Origin: the human T2T-CHM13v2.0 reference genome, Homo sapiens
DNA: 64,000 nucleotides
NCBI RefSeq assembly: GCF_009914755.1
Contig: NC_060928.1
Direction: 5' to 3' (one strand)
The position numbers and the translations under genes were made by a program. Below are positions 44,546-58,898 of the stretch, piece after piece; positions within the stretch are counted from its first letter, which is position 1, and each line of letters starts with the position of its first letter. The notes beneath the pieces are model-generated. The model was given only the letters and a program-made list of their open reading frames with translations, ran no database searches and was not told the DNA's origin.

Positions 44546-45371
44546 TATATCTGGAACTTGGAAATTTTTAAAATATATCATTTAATATTTAATAGTCTAC
44601 TTTTCCATTACTCCTTACTTGCATTACTAAATTCACTTCTAAATGAAAGTGAAACATTCGATTATAGTTTGATTCTAAAAATTTCTTACATATCATTTCT
44701 TATAATATCAATAACCAGTAATATGGGAGAATGTGAGTGTATAAATCTGTATAAAACAATGGTGCTGTGGAAATAAAACGGGTATTGAAATCTGGGGGTC
44801 GGTTCTACTAATTAAAAGTCACTTAAGTGAACAAAATCCATGTTATATGATTTCTCTAAACCTAAGTTTTCTCATCTGCAAAACAGGGTGCTACTTAATT
44901 TATAGTATTACTAAGGAGTAAATGATAAAAGCATATGTATAACTCCTGGTATATTGTTTGATATCTACTAGAATATCCATTACTTACATACATACATATA
45001 TGCATGCATGTGTATAAAATGCCAAATCTAACATTCATTTCACAGATGCATAACACTATGAGTGAATTTAACTGATCAGAAAATACATATATTTAGTATT
45101 AATTAAGATCCTATACTTCACTAATATTTAATTTAAGAGTTCCAGTAAGTCAAGATAATTACTGAAAAGGTTTATCAGCAGAAGTAAAATATATACTGAA
45201 AGACATAAATGACTGGAGTTTTTCCAAGTTCCTAACGTGTACAAAGTTGTGAGGTTTCTTGGGTAATTTGGATTTTTTTTAATTTCCCTGTCTCTAACTT
45301 AAATACAGATCATCTAAAAATAACCACAGATTTTAGTAGTAAAAGAAGGGAAACACATTTATCAAACTTAC

Positions 45372-45565
45372 CCTTAAAATATCAGTCTTCAACTGCAATT
45401 CCGTCGGTGGGGCTGAATGCATTAGCCCCAGGAGAGTGCCCATGTCATCGTCCCCATTTGGGGAGAGCACCAGCTGTTGGATAGTCATCAAGGCATGCTG
45501 CCGGCATTGAGGGTACTTTACTATATTATGTGCACATCTTGCACCTCCAAATTCTCGAAAAATTC
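45372..45565 (-). CDS. WDFY3: WDFY3 coding exon (GIFREFGG...TDILR), 194 nt, phase 1->0
   Basis: ccttcaag|GAATT acceptor, AAGG|gtaagt donor. Confidence 0.92.
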
Positions 45566-48064
45566 CTTGAAGGAAGGAGAAAAAGTCCAACAATGGCTAC
45601 TTTAAAATATTCTGAGACAAGTCAGATGAATTAACATTCAGTTATTTTTTGTAGGTAAAGTAACTCATAATAATGTAAATAAAACCTACCCAACTATTTC
45701 ACCTTTTAAATTACAATACAAATTTGCACAGTGGGTTGTCAGCAAAGGTATATGCAAATTTTCTCTACATTTCCTTAATGCAAGATTAATGCCGTGATAT
45801 GTTCACCATGTCCAAGCTCTCAAAATCTAGAACATTCACAAGTCTCTTAGGCAGACCCTAGGAGACTCTCTATTGTAATCAACTTATGTAAAAGGCTTTC
45901 AGAGGAACAATAGCCTAAATAAAGGAGATTTAAATGAACATGGCTTCCAAAATAGTAGCAAGAAAGGAATGGAATAAATTATTCCACCATGGGAAAAATT
46001 ACAAGGAACCAACATGTTTTGTTGCACAGGTAGAGCATAAGAACAAAAAGTGACAAATTCTGTAACAGAAGTATGTGTCATTGTTACTGCTCCAAAGCCT
46101 TTACACAGATTGACTTACTTAATACTCATCCCCTACCATATAGAGGTAAGGCGGTCAAAGTCATACAGCTAGTAAGCAACAGAAAAGGATGTATGCCTAC
46201 ATAGCCCAGCTCTGTAAGCCTGTGCTCCTGCTCACAAGTGATACTGTTCTCACATCAAATATTAATATCATCCTCCAGTATTAAAAAAATGGGCCCAGTG
46301 ACTGAAATCACTAATTAGTATTTCCTCTAAGTAATTCTTCTATCCCTTACGTTTTTAGGGCATCTTGTTTATATCTCTATTATGGTTTATAACAAACAGT
46401 CTTACTATTATTGCTTATGTTTGGTCTTCCATGACTACTGGATTTTCTCCTGATTTGTGTTTCAATAAACGTTTACTAAAACAGTGTATTCTGCTATAGC
46501 AGCCACTGTCCTCTCTGCTTAGTGGCTTTCTATTTGTTAACTTTATAAAAATTATAAGATCATGAAGTCAGTCTAAGCCATGTGCTTGAGATTCAGCACA
46601 TGGAATTTGTGACATCCTTTCATTACCTGAAGGCCTGTTTAGTTACCTCCTGGTTGTCAGTTAGGACCCACTAGATAATCATAATGGCTAATATTATTTA
46701 AATACTTAAACTATGAGTAAAGTACTGTTTTAAATGCCTAACATCACACAGCTAGTAACATCTTTCATACTGGGAAAAGAAAAACTGAAAAGAATTGTAT
46801 GAAATTGTTTGGCACTTTGGGATATGTACTAAGTGACTTTTAGTCGTGCAGAGTAAGCTCTCCAATTGTCCAATCTCTTCCTGTGCAACTTCTAGGTCGT
46901 CTCAAGGAAAGCTAATTTGCTAAGCAAATTCCTGTTAGTCTATCTTCATTATGTTTCTGATTATCTCAGTTAACTAAACCTAGTTAGTGGAAATAAGATT
47001 ATGCATTATGCCATAGACAAAATGTTACTATAGTATCCACTAAAATTCATCATACTCATTGTTTCAATTACCTGTTAAATTCATTCAAGTCTATCTTAGC
47101 ATTTGCCAAATTTGTATCAGACTAATTACTTCTATAATTATGTGTCTACATTTTTCTTCACTAGATTCTAATTCCCAGGGAGCAAGAATGATCTTACCTT
47201 AGCATCTAGGTGTTAGAATAATCTAACACCTAGCTAGCATGGTACCTGGGATACACAATATATTTTAAATATGATGAATGCTGAGTTTCCCTGCATTCAG
47301 GCAAACAGTCATGCATTTGGGCATGGGGTTCATTCATCCATGGCTTTCCATAACACTTAAAATATATTTCAAGCTCCTTACCATGGCCTAAAAAGCTCCC
47401 TATGATTTGAGCCCAGCCTACTAATCTGAACTCATTATTCCTCTCAAGTTGTACTGAACTTATTACCTGAGAGTTGTTTGATGTTAATTAAAATCTCAAG
47501 TAATCTTTTTTAAAAAGCAAGAGTGATATTTTATAAATATAGTTAGGTTATCTGTTAATGACAGGTAGAAAAGTATAAAAGAGAAATTGAGACCAAAATT
47601 AAACAAAATATTTAGTAAAGTTAATTAACCTTGGAGAGATTACGTTTTATTAGAGAATCATTGTTCAGTATTTCCTGAAGGTTGTAACATTATAATACTC
47701 TAACTTGTAGTACTAAAAATATTCTTTAAATCACTGTGTAAAGAAAATATTTTAGAAAGAATTTAAATAGCAACTTATTTGAGTAAGAGTGTATCAATAA
47801 AAAATTAGAAGAATACTTTCAACACAAGACACTATAAAAAGCAATTTAAACATCATTTTGAAATAGTAACAATCTTATATGTTTTGTCATCAAGGTGCTC
47901 CTGATGGTCAAAAGCACTGCATTTTTAGGGACATGACGGGTACCATCACTGAATCAATAGTTTTTTCTCTAAAGTGACAGGAAGATTTCAGAAGCAAGAA
48001 TAACCACAGAAGATGTAATCAGTGGTAATCTCCCAAAGTATTTGCTTGCAGCTTTTTAAATTAC

Positions 48065-48166
48065 CTGCATTTGTGTTTGATCCTTGAAGAAGCACTGTCA
48101 AGGTCTCCATAACCAATAAAGCCAGGTGTTTTTGGTCTTCAACTGAACTATTATTTCTTGAGTCCC
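48065..48166 (-). CDS. WDFY3: WDFY3 coding exon (GDSRNNSS...GSNTNA), 102 nt, phase 1->1
   Basis: ttttttag|GGGAC acceptor, GCAG|gtaatt donor. Confidence 0.92.
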
Positions 48167-49063
48167 CTAAAAAAAGGTTCAAAGGTCCAAATTACAAAAG
48201 TGATAAGCTTATTTTTTCTTGATTCCGTTTTACTGTAATAATTTCTTTATTTCTTCAGTATTCAGTTTTACCCCTAATAGGACAGATATAATATAATCTT
48301 TAAAACGATGCATGCATCCAACATTTGGCAAAAGTAGGCTCAAAATCAATATTAACAGATTTTATTTCGGTATGCTTGCAAGTAGCCGTTATCCAATAAA
48401 TATTAAAAATGAAAATGCAAAGGTTAAATATATCCTCTTCACAGAGGGTTTTCCTAATAAAGGATGTCAACAGGAGAACGCTAGATTTTGATACACCAAA
48501 AAGAGAGAAAAGTTCATGAATAAAGCTATCTATTCAACCTGTATTAATTCACATTTAATACTTATTAATTGCCAGATACTACTGTACTTTTATCAGATTT
48601 ATCAGAGAGGTACCCAATGATAATACATTGTGTATATAACATCATTAAATATACGTATTTGCTCTGTACAATAAAAACACATTGAAGTAACTATACATTT
48701 AACTATATTTATTAGTTGTAATTAATAACAAATCTGATTATTTTCAGAAGCTTTTAAAGCTCGCTCTTAGAAGCACAAGGCAGTAGATACTAGTCATGTG
48801 GATCATACATGTTTTCCCTCAGTTTTTACCTTCCTTTAAACTCTCTCCAATACACTCACATAATTCTAGCTTCCTCCTCCTCAATTACCTAACAGAGGTT
48901 GAATGAACCTGTAAATTTTGGAAAATACAGTTCACTAATATGTCACAATAATGCACATTAGGAAGTCATTGAAATCAATAACCAAAGAATGGGAACAAGA
49001 ACAAAAAATTCTCTGTTTTGAACCCCTTTTCAAATAAAAATAAAATTACAGACAATACTTTAC

Positions 49064-49531
49064 CTTGTTCATTTAGTGCCTGAGTTGGATCCTTCAACAG
49101 GGCAGCATATTTATGCAAAAGGTTTACCATGACCTCCAAAAGGCCAACCTCCCTGAACACGTCTTTAAATATGTAGTCATGTCTTGTAAACTTAAGAAGT
49201 GTTTTCATTGCAATAATGCTACAGTGATAAGAAGAGCTAGATTTTAAGAGGATACTGACACTAATAAGTTCTTTACAAGGTATATAATTTAAGCTAAAAA
49301 CAACAAACTCCAGCATCTCAAAGTATTTGTTTTGTACTTCTGGGAGTTTAGAAATCTTCTCTGCAAACTGTGACAATGTGTGCTGTGACTCTAGGATGAA
49401 GTAATTGGCATTGTCAGCCATGTAAATATTTGTGATAGCATCAAGGATGATTTGGGCAAGGAAGCTGGTTTTTGCTTTTAAAAATGCATTCTGAAGAACT
49501 GCAAAGGCCTGGACGTTTCTCACACTGTGAC
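49064..49531 (-). CDS. WDFY3: WDFY3 coding exon (GHSVRNVQ...QALNEQ), 468 nt, phase 1->1
   Basis: gttctag|GTCAC acceptor, CAAG|gtaaag donor; inside ORF 48975..49631. Confidence 0.94.
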
Positions 49532-50400
49532 CTAGAACAGAAAAGAAAAACATAAAAGTAGGTACTATGTGATATTTTAATGATGGCAAACTAGTCTGTT
49601 TAAACACATCATGAATTATAACATTTATCAATTATTTACTAAGAACATAACCCTGTTTTCACAAAAGGTCTTATTTTTCTTCATCAGGTTCAAATCATTT
49701 AATTAAAAATAACAATGATTAAAACTTTAATGCATTATTATGAATATTTCAATTCAAAAATAGTGTATGTTGAAAAGTTAGACTGTTTTAGAGGGAATAA
49801 AAGCATATTATTATAAACATCCATGCTTCAGAGTTTAGAGTGGTAGTTTTATTATCTATGAGATTGATTTTGACTATAAGGACAGCTGTCTCTCAATTTA
49901 AAAAGACTTTGAGGCTGAAGAAGTTACAGGCCTGAGAGCAGCAATAATGAAGCAGGAAAACAGGAGGGGAAAATTTTTCTAAATTCCAGTTTTCCTTTAT
50001 AATTAGAACACTGTGATTTTTATAAATTTTAAGCTGGAAGTTTGTTTTGTTTTCTAGCTAACAGTACAATTTCTTCATATAGACATTTGTTAAAGTAATT
50101 TATGGCCAGCTATTCAAACGTACCAAATGGGGAAAAAAAAACTTTATACATGGCTCTGGTGAGGCAAATTAGTGACAATAATTATAAAGAAATTAAGACA
50201 GAAAGTTCTATTTGAAGTACATGAAAATAAGCAGCTTGCCTGTAAAAGGAGTCCCCAGAACAATACCTATTAGGAGTATATGGCATTTCCAAGTATGACC
50301 AAAAAATTAACATAGTGTCTGACAGAATAAGCTGGATTTCAGAAAGAGTATAAACCAGAGAACTACCAAAATTAGTAAATGGAGCAGAAAGAACACTCAG

Positions 50401-50718
50401 GGCTGGGGGCAGTAGCTCACACCGGTAGTCCTAGCACTTTGGGAAGACTGCCTGAGGCCAGGAGTTCTAGACTAGCCTGGGTAACATAGCAAGACCACCT
50501 CCATTTCTACAAGAGATTTAAAAAAAAATTTAGCTGGGGATGGTGGCATGTGCCTGTAGTTCTAGCTACTCAGGAGGCTGAGGCAGGAGGCTGAGGCAGG
50601 AGGATTGCTTGAGCCCAGGAGTTTGAGGTTGCAGTGGGCTATGATCACACCACTGCACTTCAGCCTGGGCGACAGAAAGCAATCCTGTCTGTAAAATAAA
50701 CAAACAAACAAACAAAAA
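50401..50718 (+). mobile_element. AluJ with an internal 13-bp duplication
   Basis: Alu dimer; caggaggctgagg repeated; TSD about AGAA(C/T)(A/G)CTCAG. Confidence 0.88.
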
Positions 50719-50979
50719 AGAATGCTCAGAAATCTTGACTTCGACATTTCTTAAAAACACAGGAAATTTAAAAAATCTCCAGCCTATATATGATTTCAAT
50801 TCTCTAATTTCTTGTTTATTACATGTATGGCAAATACCAAAAATTTATCTTTGTTTCCTGTGTCTATCAGTCTATCTAAGTTTGTTTTTTGGTTACCTAC
50901 ATAATATAAAAAGTAAAGATGTCTGGAAAAGAATAATCAACATCTCAGCAGCTTTTCAAAAAAATAGTTCATGTGATTA

Positions 50980-52745
50980 TTAATTTATATGGAAAATCAA
51001 AAGACTTAGAATAGCCAATATGATTCTGAGAAGAAAGAACAAAACTGGACAACTTAAGTGACCTGATTTTAAGGCTTATTATAAAGCTACAGCAATCAAG
51101 ACAGTGTGGTATTGGCTTAAGGACAGGTACATGGATCAATCAAACAAAATTCAGAAAGTGTCTCAGATATATGTAGTCATATATGATATTTTCAACAAAG
51201 GGTCTTGGCACATTCAGATACCCATATTAAAAAAGAAATCCTTACTTTCTACCCTCTATGATAATAACTTAAAATGTACCATAGACCTTAATTTAAAAGT
51301 TAAAATATGAAACACTGGATAAAGAAAAAATCAGAAGAAAACATTAGAGATCTTTGTGAATCTGAAGTAAAGATTTCTTCAATAGGAGAAAAACAATCAC
51401 AAAATATTATTAAAATGAAAAACTGGACTTCATCAAAATTTAAAACTTCCATTTCTCAAAAGATGCGTTAAAAAAAAACCAGCAAGTCAAAACTAAGAGA
51501 ACACACTTCCAAAATACATATTAAGGGATAAAGAACTTATACAGAATATCTAAAGAACTCTTATAACTCCAGTAAAACAACCCTATCAAACAATGGGCTC
51601 AGAGATCTGAACCAAGGTAGAGAAACAGATGGTGACAAAGCACATAAAAAATGCAAAACTTCATTAGTCAATTATAAAAATGAAAATTAAAATAACAATT
51701 AGACATTATTACATACTTAGTAGAATGTCTAAAATTAAAAGGACTAACAATACCAAGTGTTACTGACAGCGTCAAGCAACTGGAACTGACATTACTGATG
51801 TGAATGCAAAAATTGGACAGCCACTTTAGAAGATACTCTGGCAGTTTCTTGTAAAGTTAAACATACATTTACCATATGATCTAGCACTTTAACTACTCTG
51901 TATTTAGCTAAAAGAAATGAAAACGTATGTCCACAGAAAGATTTGTTTTATATAAATGTCCACTGTAGCTTTATTCCTGATAGTCAAATAAATGTCCATC
52001 AACTGGTGAAGAGATACACAAATTGTGGACTATCCAAACAATGAAATAATACCCAGCATTAAAAAGGAACAAACTTCTGATACATGCAATAACATAGGTG
52101 ATTCTCCAAAGTATTACAATATTCTCCCCATTTTCATGGTTTTATTTTCTGTGGTTTCAGTTACCCATGGTTAATTACAGTCTGAAAACATTACATACAA
52201 TAAGATATTCTGAGACAGAGTGCTCATGCTCTTAAGAGAGAGCACACATTTACATAACTTTTATTATTGTGTATTGCTATAATTGTTATATTTTACTATT
52301 ATTGTTGTTAATCTCTTACTGTGACAAATTTATAAATTCAACTTTATCATATGTATGATGTGGAAGAAAAACATAGAATATATAGGGGTTTGGTACTATC
52401 TGTGGTTTCAGGTATCCATTGGGGACCTTGGAACACATTTCCCCCAGTTAAGAGGGGAGTGATTAGATAGAATCCAGATACAAAAAAAACTATATACTGT
52501 ATGATTACAGTGTATTAAGTTCTAGAAAGGGCAAAACTAAAACAGACTAGTGGTTGCCAGGGCAAGGGTTAAGGTGGGGAGGACTGACTGCAAGGAGAAC
52601 AAGGAAACTTTCTAGACGGTGAAAATATTCCACATCATGATTACGGTGGTGATTACACAACCATATCCACTTGTCAAAACTCATCAAATTCAACACTCAA
52701 TTGAGTAGATTTAATGTACACAATTTACACCTCAATACTGCTAGA
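50980..52745 (+). mobile_element. Old L1M ORF2/3'UTR fragment, interrupted by MER44
   Basis: ttataaagctacagcaatcaagacagtgtggtattggc; ggacttcatcaaaatttaaaacttc. Confidence 0.82.
52117..52465 (+). mobile_element. MER44-type DNA transposon nested in the L1
   Basis: ggtttcagttacccatggt...ttgttgttaatctcttactgtg...ggaacacatttcccc. Confidence 0.7.
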
Positions 52746-53337
52746 AAATGTAAAAGACAACCTATTCCACATTCTTTCTATAATGGAATACAGCTATTTC
52801 CTATGATCCTTGCAATAATGCTAAAAGTAGGCCATGAGAAACAGAAAATTTTGAGTTATACAGGAAACTCAAAATGATGTAGCTTCACCCATTCACTTTA
52901 TAGAATATTATGCCAATTTTTCTGAAGAAGAAACTGATGTTTAGAAAAGTTAGGTCACTTATGATTACATAAATTCTGACTCTTAGGGCATCATCCTTTC
53001 TAGATAGCCTTACTTTCATAGACATTATGTCACTGGATTCTCACCATAACCCTGGGAGGTGCTAGGTTATATAATTATTATCCCTGTTATGAATGAGACA
53101 AAACCAGGCAATGATATATGCACAAGATTAATTTTGCTGCATTATTACAAAATTAAATTGTTGTGATTAGCTATTATGCCAATATCAACATCACATTGAT
53201 AAACCAAATGAAACAACAATAAAGTATAAAATAGGAAGTACATTGCTGCAATATTTTTATATTAATTCATAGGAAGATTTAACTGTAGAATGATCAAGCT
53301 GGAATCTATAAATTAGAAATTTTCTGAGAAGTCTCTA

Positions 53338-53490
53338 TTTTTTTTTTTTTTTTTGCTTTTAAGAGAAAGGGGGTCTTGCTCTGTCACCCAGGCTGGAGTG
53401 CAGTGGTGTGATGACAGCTCACTGCAGCTTTGAACTCCCGGGCTCAAAAGATCCTCCTGTGTAGCTGGGATTACAGGTGTGAATTGCCAC
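53338..53490 (-). mobile_element. Alu monomer/fragment (J/FLAM-like)
   Basis: Poly-T followed by gtcttgctctgtcacccaggctggagtgcag. Confidence 0.85.
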
Positions 53491-54083
53491 ACTATTTTTT
53501 TCTTGATAGTAAATAAAATGAAACCTTAAATCACTTAGGGAAACATGGATTTCTCCCTATTTACTGCAGAGACTCATTTAAAAGGTTCTAAACAACTTAT
53601 GTACTGAGGGCACATCATATTACACTGATGACGCCATCTATTTTCACTGATTATAGACTGTTAATTTCTAACTCATAACATATGTATTATAAATTTAAAT
53701 ATGTATTACAAATTTAATACATAACATATGTATTATAAATTTAAATAACCAGACATGTTTGTATTTATTGGCTGGTTAAATTTTAAATGGAAATATCATG
53801 ATCCTATTGAATACTTAGTAAGTGACAGTCATGTGAATAAAAACTATTAGAGGCCTCCAGGCTCAGGTTACTTTGAAATGATTACTGTGCATTTTTTGAA
53901 AAATAAAATACATAATAAAACTAACTTGCATAAGTATGTAATTAAATATTATTAGGATCCAAATGTTTGGAAATCTAGACTATAAAAATTTATCCTCCGA
54001 CCCAAATGAAATAATGTAACCTCCGTACATAGATTTTGCTTAGTTTTAAATAAAATACAAGCAGTTATACTTCATGCTGTCCA

Positions 54084-54426
54084 TAGTCAGCCGCTGTATC
54101 CATGGGTTCTGCATCTGTGGATTCAATCAATCACAGATGGAAAGTATTAAAGAAAAAAAAAGGTGTGGTTGCATCGGTACTGAATATGTACAGACTTTTT
54201 TCCTTGTCATTATTTCCTAAACAATACAGCAAAATAAGTACATAGCATTTACATTGTATTTGGTATTTTAAGTAATCTAGAGATTATTTATTTAAAGTAT
54301 ATGGGAAGACGTGTAGGTTATATGCAAATACTATACCATTTTATATCAGGGACTTGAGTATCTGTGGATTTTGGTATCGGCAGGGGGTCCTGGAACCAAT
54401 CCCCCACAGATACTGAGGGATGATTT
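54084..54426 (+). mobile_element. Tigger3a (MER7A)-type DNA transposon
   Basis: gtatccatgggttctgcatctgtggattcaa...ggggtcctggaaccaatcccccacagatactgaggga. Confidence 0.85.
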
Positions 54427-54794
54427 TATGTCTTAATAGGTACAGAGATTAGGCTGAAAATTGAGTTCTATCCACGTAAAGTAGAAATGCACGAAGTGCC
54501 AACATTCAAAAGAAGCATGTTTTGATTAAATTGTTTGAATGTTAAAAAATACTGTAATATAAATCTCCTTGTTTGATTTTATATTTTTATAATATTATTT
54601 TCAAGTATTTGATCTGCTAGATTAAAGGTTATTACTTAAGAAATACTTAAACCATTAAAAAAAAAACAAGCTTTAAGGGAAACTATATTACTTTTATATA
54701 TATAACAGAAACAAAAAGTAATATACCAAAATAAGACAAATTCATTCTTTCTCTATTTCTCTCAGTAGCACAGAAGGGAAAAAACAAGACTCAC

Positions 54795-54961
54795 CTTTGC
54801 CTGCAGGCTGAGGTACTGCAAATCCAGGCAATAAAAAGGGTGCCCCTGTGGTAATACCAGCTGGTTTTAGTTCACTGACACCATATGTTGTTAGGGAAGT
54901 TATCAGATTAACCAGATCTTTCAAGGCATCTTTGGATTCTGCCTCTTTTGCTTGTTCCAAT
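54795..54961 (-). CDS. WDFY3: WDFY3 coding exon (LEQAKEAES...QPAGK), 167 nt, phase 2->1
   Basis: ttttctag|ATTGG acceptor, AAAG|gtgagt donor; inside ORF 54742..55140. Confidence 0.93.
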
Positions 54962-55814
54962 CTAGAAAAGTATGATTTAGAAAGTATTTTTTTTCTCTTT
55001 GGTTGTGTTCTCAGATTTAACACAAAGTATTTTTCAATTTTATATGCAGTAAATAAATGTATAAAGTACTCTGGGAAGTACTGAAAGAACACTGGGGTCA
55101 TTAGGGAATTATCTTTTAACCACGGCTTTCCTGAGAACACAAAATGGGTTGCAACAAATACCCTTTAAAAAAAAAAAAGATTTATTGGGTATTTCCCCTT
55201 AAAAGAAGTAATTATTCTCATTAAAATAAACCTGGAGAATGCCAAAAAGTAGGAAAGAAGAAAAAGTATGATTAGCCTCACAAACACATTTAACATTCTT
55301 ATTCTTAAGCTTATCTTTTTAATATGAAAAGTTTAGTTTTTACAATATTTATTCTCATACTATATACAGTATGTTGTAACCTATTTTTTTCCTTTACTAG
55401 TGCTGTATGTGTACTTCCACACATTAGTGTAAGCTTTCACAGGTAAGCTTTCAGGGGCCATGCAGAGCCAACCACACATTTGGGGAGTGAGAGTTCCAAC
55501 AGCTGGCATAATGCAAAAAGCACTAATAAATAAAATCTTGTCTACAAGATTTGGATTATATCTTTAGGATCAATAAACATAAATGAAATTATTGTATCAG
55601 ATTACCAACATTTTTAAGGCTCTTAATATCTTGCCAACCTACGTTCTCAAAGGATAAATCAATTAATACCCCTCTAGTAATGTGAAGTGGTTATTTCATC
55701 AACTTTCATATGTATTTATAAACTTGCATATATATGCAAAATGATATTCTTAGGGGTTATCTAATATCAACTAGCAGCAACTAGGTTAAATTGGTGTTAG
55801 AAATAACAAGTTCT

Positions 55815-56101
55815 GGCCAGGCATGGTGGCTCACACCTAAAATCCTGGTGCTTTGGGAGGCTAAGGCAGGAGGACTGCTTGAGGCTAGAGTTTGGCACCA
55901 GCCTGGGCAACATAGGCTCTACAAAAAAAATAAATAAAATATAGCTGGGTGTAGCTACTTAGGAAACTGAGATAGGAGGATCTCTTGAGTTAAAAATTAT
56001 ATCGAGCTATGATTATGCCACTGCACTCCAGCCTGGGAACATAATGAGACCCCAGAGGGAGGGAGGGAGGGAGGGAGGAAGGGAGGAAGGAAGGGAGGGA
56101 G
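55815..56101 (+). mobile_element. AluJ with internal deletions and a (GGGA/GGAA)n tail
   Basis: Alu arms followed by gagggagggaggg... Confidence 0.85.
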
Positions 56102-56599
56102 ACAAGTAAGTTTACAAAACAGTGGTGTCTTATAATAGATCAAATGATTTAAAAATAATTAATGGCCCAGGAATAGCTGCTGAAAAATGGTGAGTATCTT
56201 CTTCTTAAGAAAATCTGTAACCAGCCACTTTCTAAGTATGTGCACGAACCATTTGAAATGGAAAAGGGGGTTAGTAACACATTTTGAAATTATTAATTTG
56301 TTTCATATACACAGTTGTAAGGTTTTATTCCATCTACATAATTATTCTTATTAAGTACATTAATAAAAAGACTAGAAGTACTATAAAATAAAGAACCAAA
56401 AATATAATTAAGAAGAGTTTATACTTTAAGAAGATATTAATTAGTTTATCTAAATTCTTCTCCCTCAGCTACTAAAGAGCAGATTTATGCTTCATATCTA
56501 ACCTCTGACTTCATCATGTTTGTGCCCTGCATTTGGCAATTTAACTCTAAATTCACTTTTCCACTCTGTTGGCAGAACAGGAATAAAAAGAAGGGAATA

Positions 56600-56838
56600 G
56601 GCCAGGTGTGGTGGCTCATGACTGTAATCTCAGAACTTTGGGAGGCCAAAGGATTGCTTGAGGCCGAGAGTTTGAGACCAGCCTGGGCAACACAGCGAGA
56701 TCCTGTCTCTATGGAAAATGTTTAAAAATTAGCTGGGTGTGGTGGTACGTGCCTGTAGTCCTAGTTACTTGGGAGGCTGAGGTGGGAGGACCATTTGAGC
56801 CCAGGAATACGAAGCTACAGTAAGCTGTGATTGCACCA
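56600..56838 (+). mobile_element. AluJ, 3'-truncated
   Basis: ggccaggtgtggtggctc...gtgattgcacca. Confidence 0.85.
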
Positions 56839-56982
56839 GAAAAAGAAGGGAGTAAAGCCAGGTATACATTAAATAAGTGTTTCCTTAATTTGCTTTTCCT
56901 ATAACCCCAAATCACATTGTTTTCTTTGATAAAAAAGACTGAGTAGACATTTAAAATACATTCTTAAATTGAGCAGTCTTAC

Positions 56983-57169
56983 CTAAGCAAGAGATCACAA
57001 AGAAAATTATATCCTTGCCATATCCGAAAATCATCCAGAAGTGTTTGGGAAACATCGCTGGAATCTTTGAGGAAACAAGAAAGCCCAGCAAACATTTCGA
57101 CAATTTCTAGGGGAGACAGGTCATCTGATTGCTGCATATTCTGAACACATGTAGATAAACACTCTTTCT
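56983..57169 (-). CDS. WDFY3: WDFY3 coding exon (EKECLSTCVQ...CDLLLR), 187 nt, phase 1->2
   Basis: cttacag|AGAAAG acceptor, CTTAG|gtaaga donor; translated by hand, frame fits both neighbours. Confidence 0.92.
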
Positions 57170-57577
57170 CTGTAAGAATAGATAATTAAATAAATATGCA
57201 TTATTCCTGACAATCGCTTAAAAATTTTTTAATTGTTAACTGTTGTTTAATGAAACATTAAATTTTAACATATCTGTAAAATACTATGAGATAAATGTAA
57301 CACATTCTAAAAGTCAATATAAGAGTCATATGCATTGGGAAAGCACTGCCTCTAGGTAGTAAACAAAGGATAATACAGAAATGTGTTGAAAAATAGTTGA
57401 CATGTATGTACCTGTCATTTTTTCACATATTTTGATGTTTTATCATTAAACAAATGGCCACTGCCAAATGATATTTTTGATCTTTTATATTGATATAGTA
57501 ACAAGATGAAAAAAGCAAAAAAACTATCTTCTAAGTTTAAGAAGAAAAATCTAGTAATTAGTTAAAACTTTAAGTTA

Positions 57578-57877
<300 letters not shown>

Positions 57878-58195
57878 TTAGGAAATACAATTTTTTAAAT
57901 TTTATTTGTATAATATATTATTAGTTTAAAACACAGTTATATCTTATCCCTGACTCTGAGGATTTGTAGCATTTCAAGGAAGACTTTCACTTTCTTATCT
58001 TTGGTGGTATGTATTTGTATAAAGAAACTCACTGTTACATAACAAAAGCTAAGATTTAACAGAGGAATGGGAGGAAATGTGTATTTAATAACTGACTCAT
58101 ATATTAGGTACTAGCTTTCACATATGTCACTTAATAAATGTAAGTGAACAAATTGGTGTATTAATTATTTTGAAAGAGTTTCAGGACAGTAATAT

Positions 58196-58557
58196 CAGGT
58201 AGTTCTCAACTTGATGATTTGACTTAAGATGTTTCTACTTTATGATGGTGTGAAAGCAACATGTATTCAATAGAAACTGTACTTTATGTAACCATATAAG
58301 CATTGTTTTCCACTTTCAGAACAGTATTCAGTACATTACATGAGGTATTTAATACTTTACTATAAAGTTGATTTTGTGTTAGATGATCTTACCCAACTAT
58401 AGGCTAACATAAGTGTTCTAGCTACTTTCAGGGTAGGCTAGGCTAAGATATGATGTTCGGTAGGTTAAGTGTATTAAATGCGTTTTCGACTTACACTATT
58501 TTCAAATTATGATGGGTTTATTGGGACATAACCCCACCATAAATTGAGGAGCATCTG
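58196..58557 (-). mobile_element. MER47A (Tigger5-derived) DNA transposon
   Basis: gggtaggctaggctaagatatgatgttcggtaggtt...gaggagcatctg. Confidence 0.82.
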
Positions 58558-58898
58558 TGTATATACCAAATAAGTAGATTGCTTGAGATGCTAAGGCAAT
58601 TGTCTCCTATACAGACATTTTAAAAGATAGCTGAATATTACATATACTTTAAACCAACAGTGTCTTCTTACTGCTGATAAAGAATCCACCTAATTCCATC
58701 TATGCTGCATGACAGATTATTACCTAGTAACTTATGCAATATCTTCAGAAAGACTGGTTACAGGATATCAAAAAAACTTCTTTTTTATTCAGTAAAAGAA
58801 GAGAGAAGAATAGGCTGTGACACAGAACTTTCATTACATTATGATTGAATTTACACAACAATGAAATTTTTTTTAACTTTTAGAAATATCCATTGTTG

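Noticed and set aside
55429-55455. CACAG|GTAAGC resembling a recursive splice site
   Set aside because: It is on the non-coding strand and arises from a short local duplication
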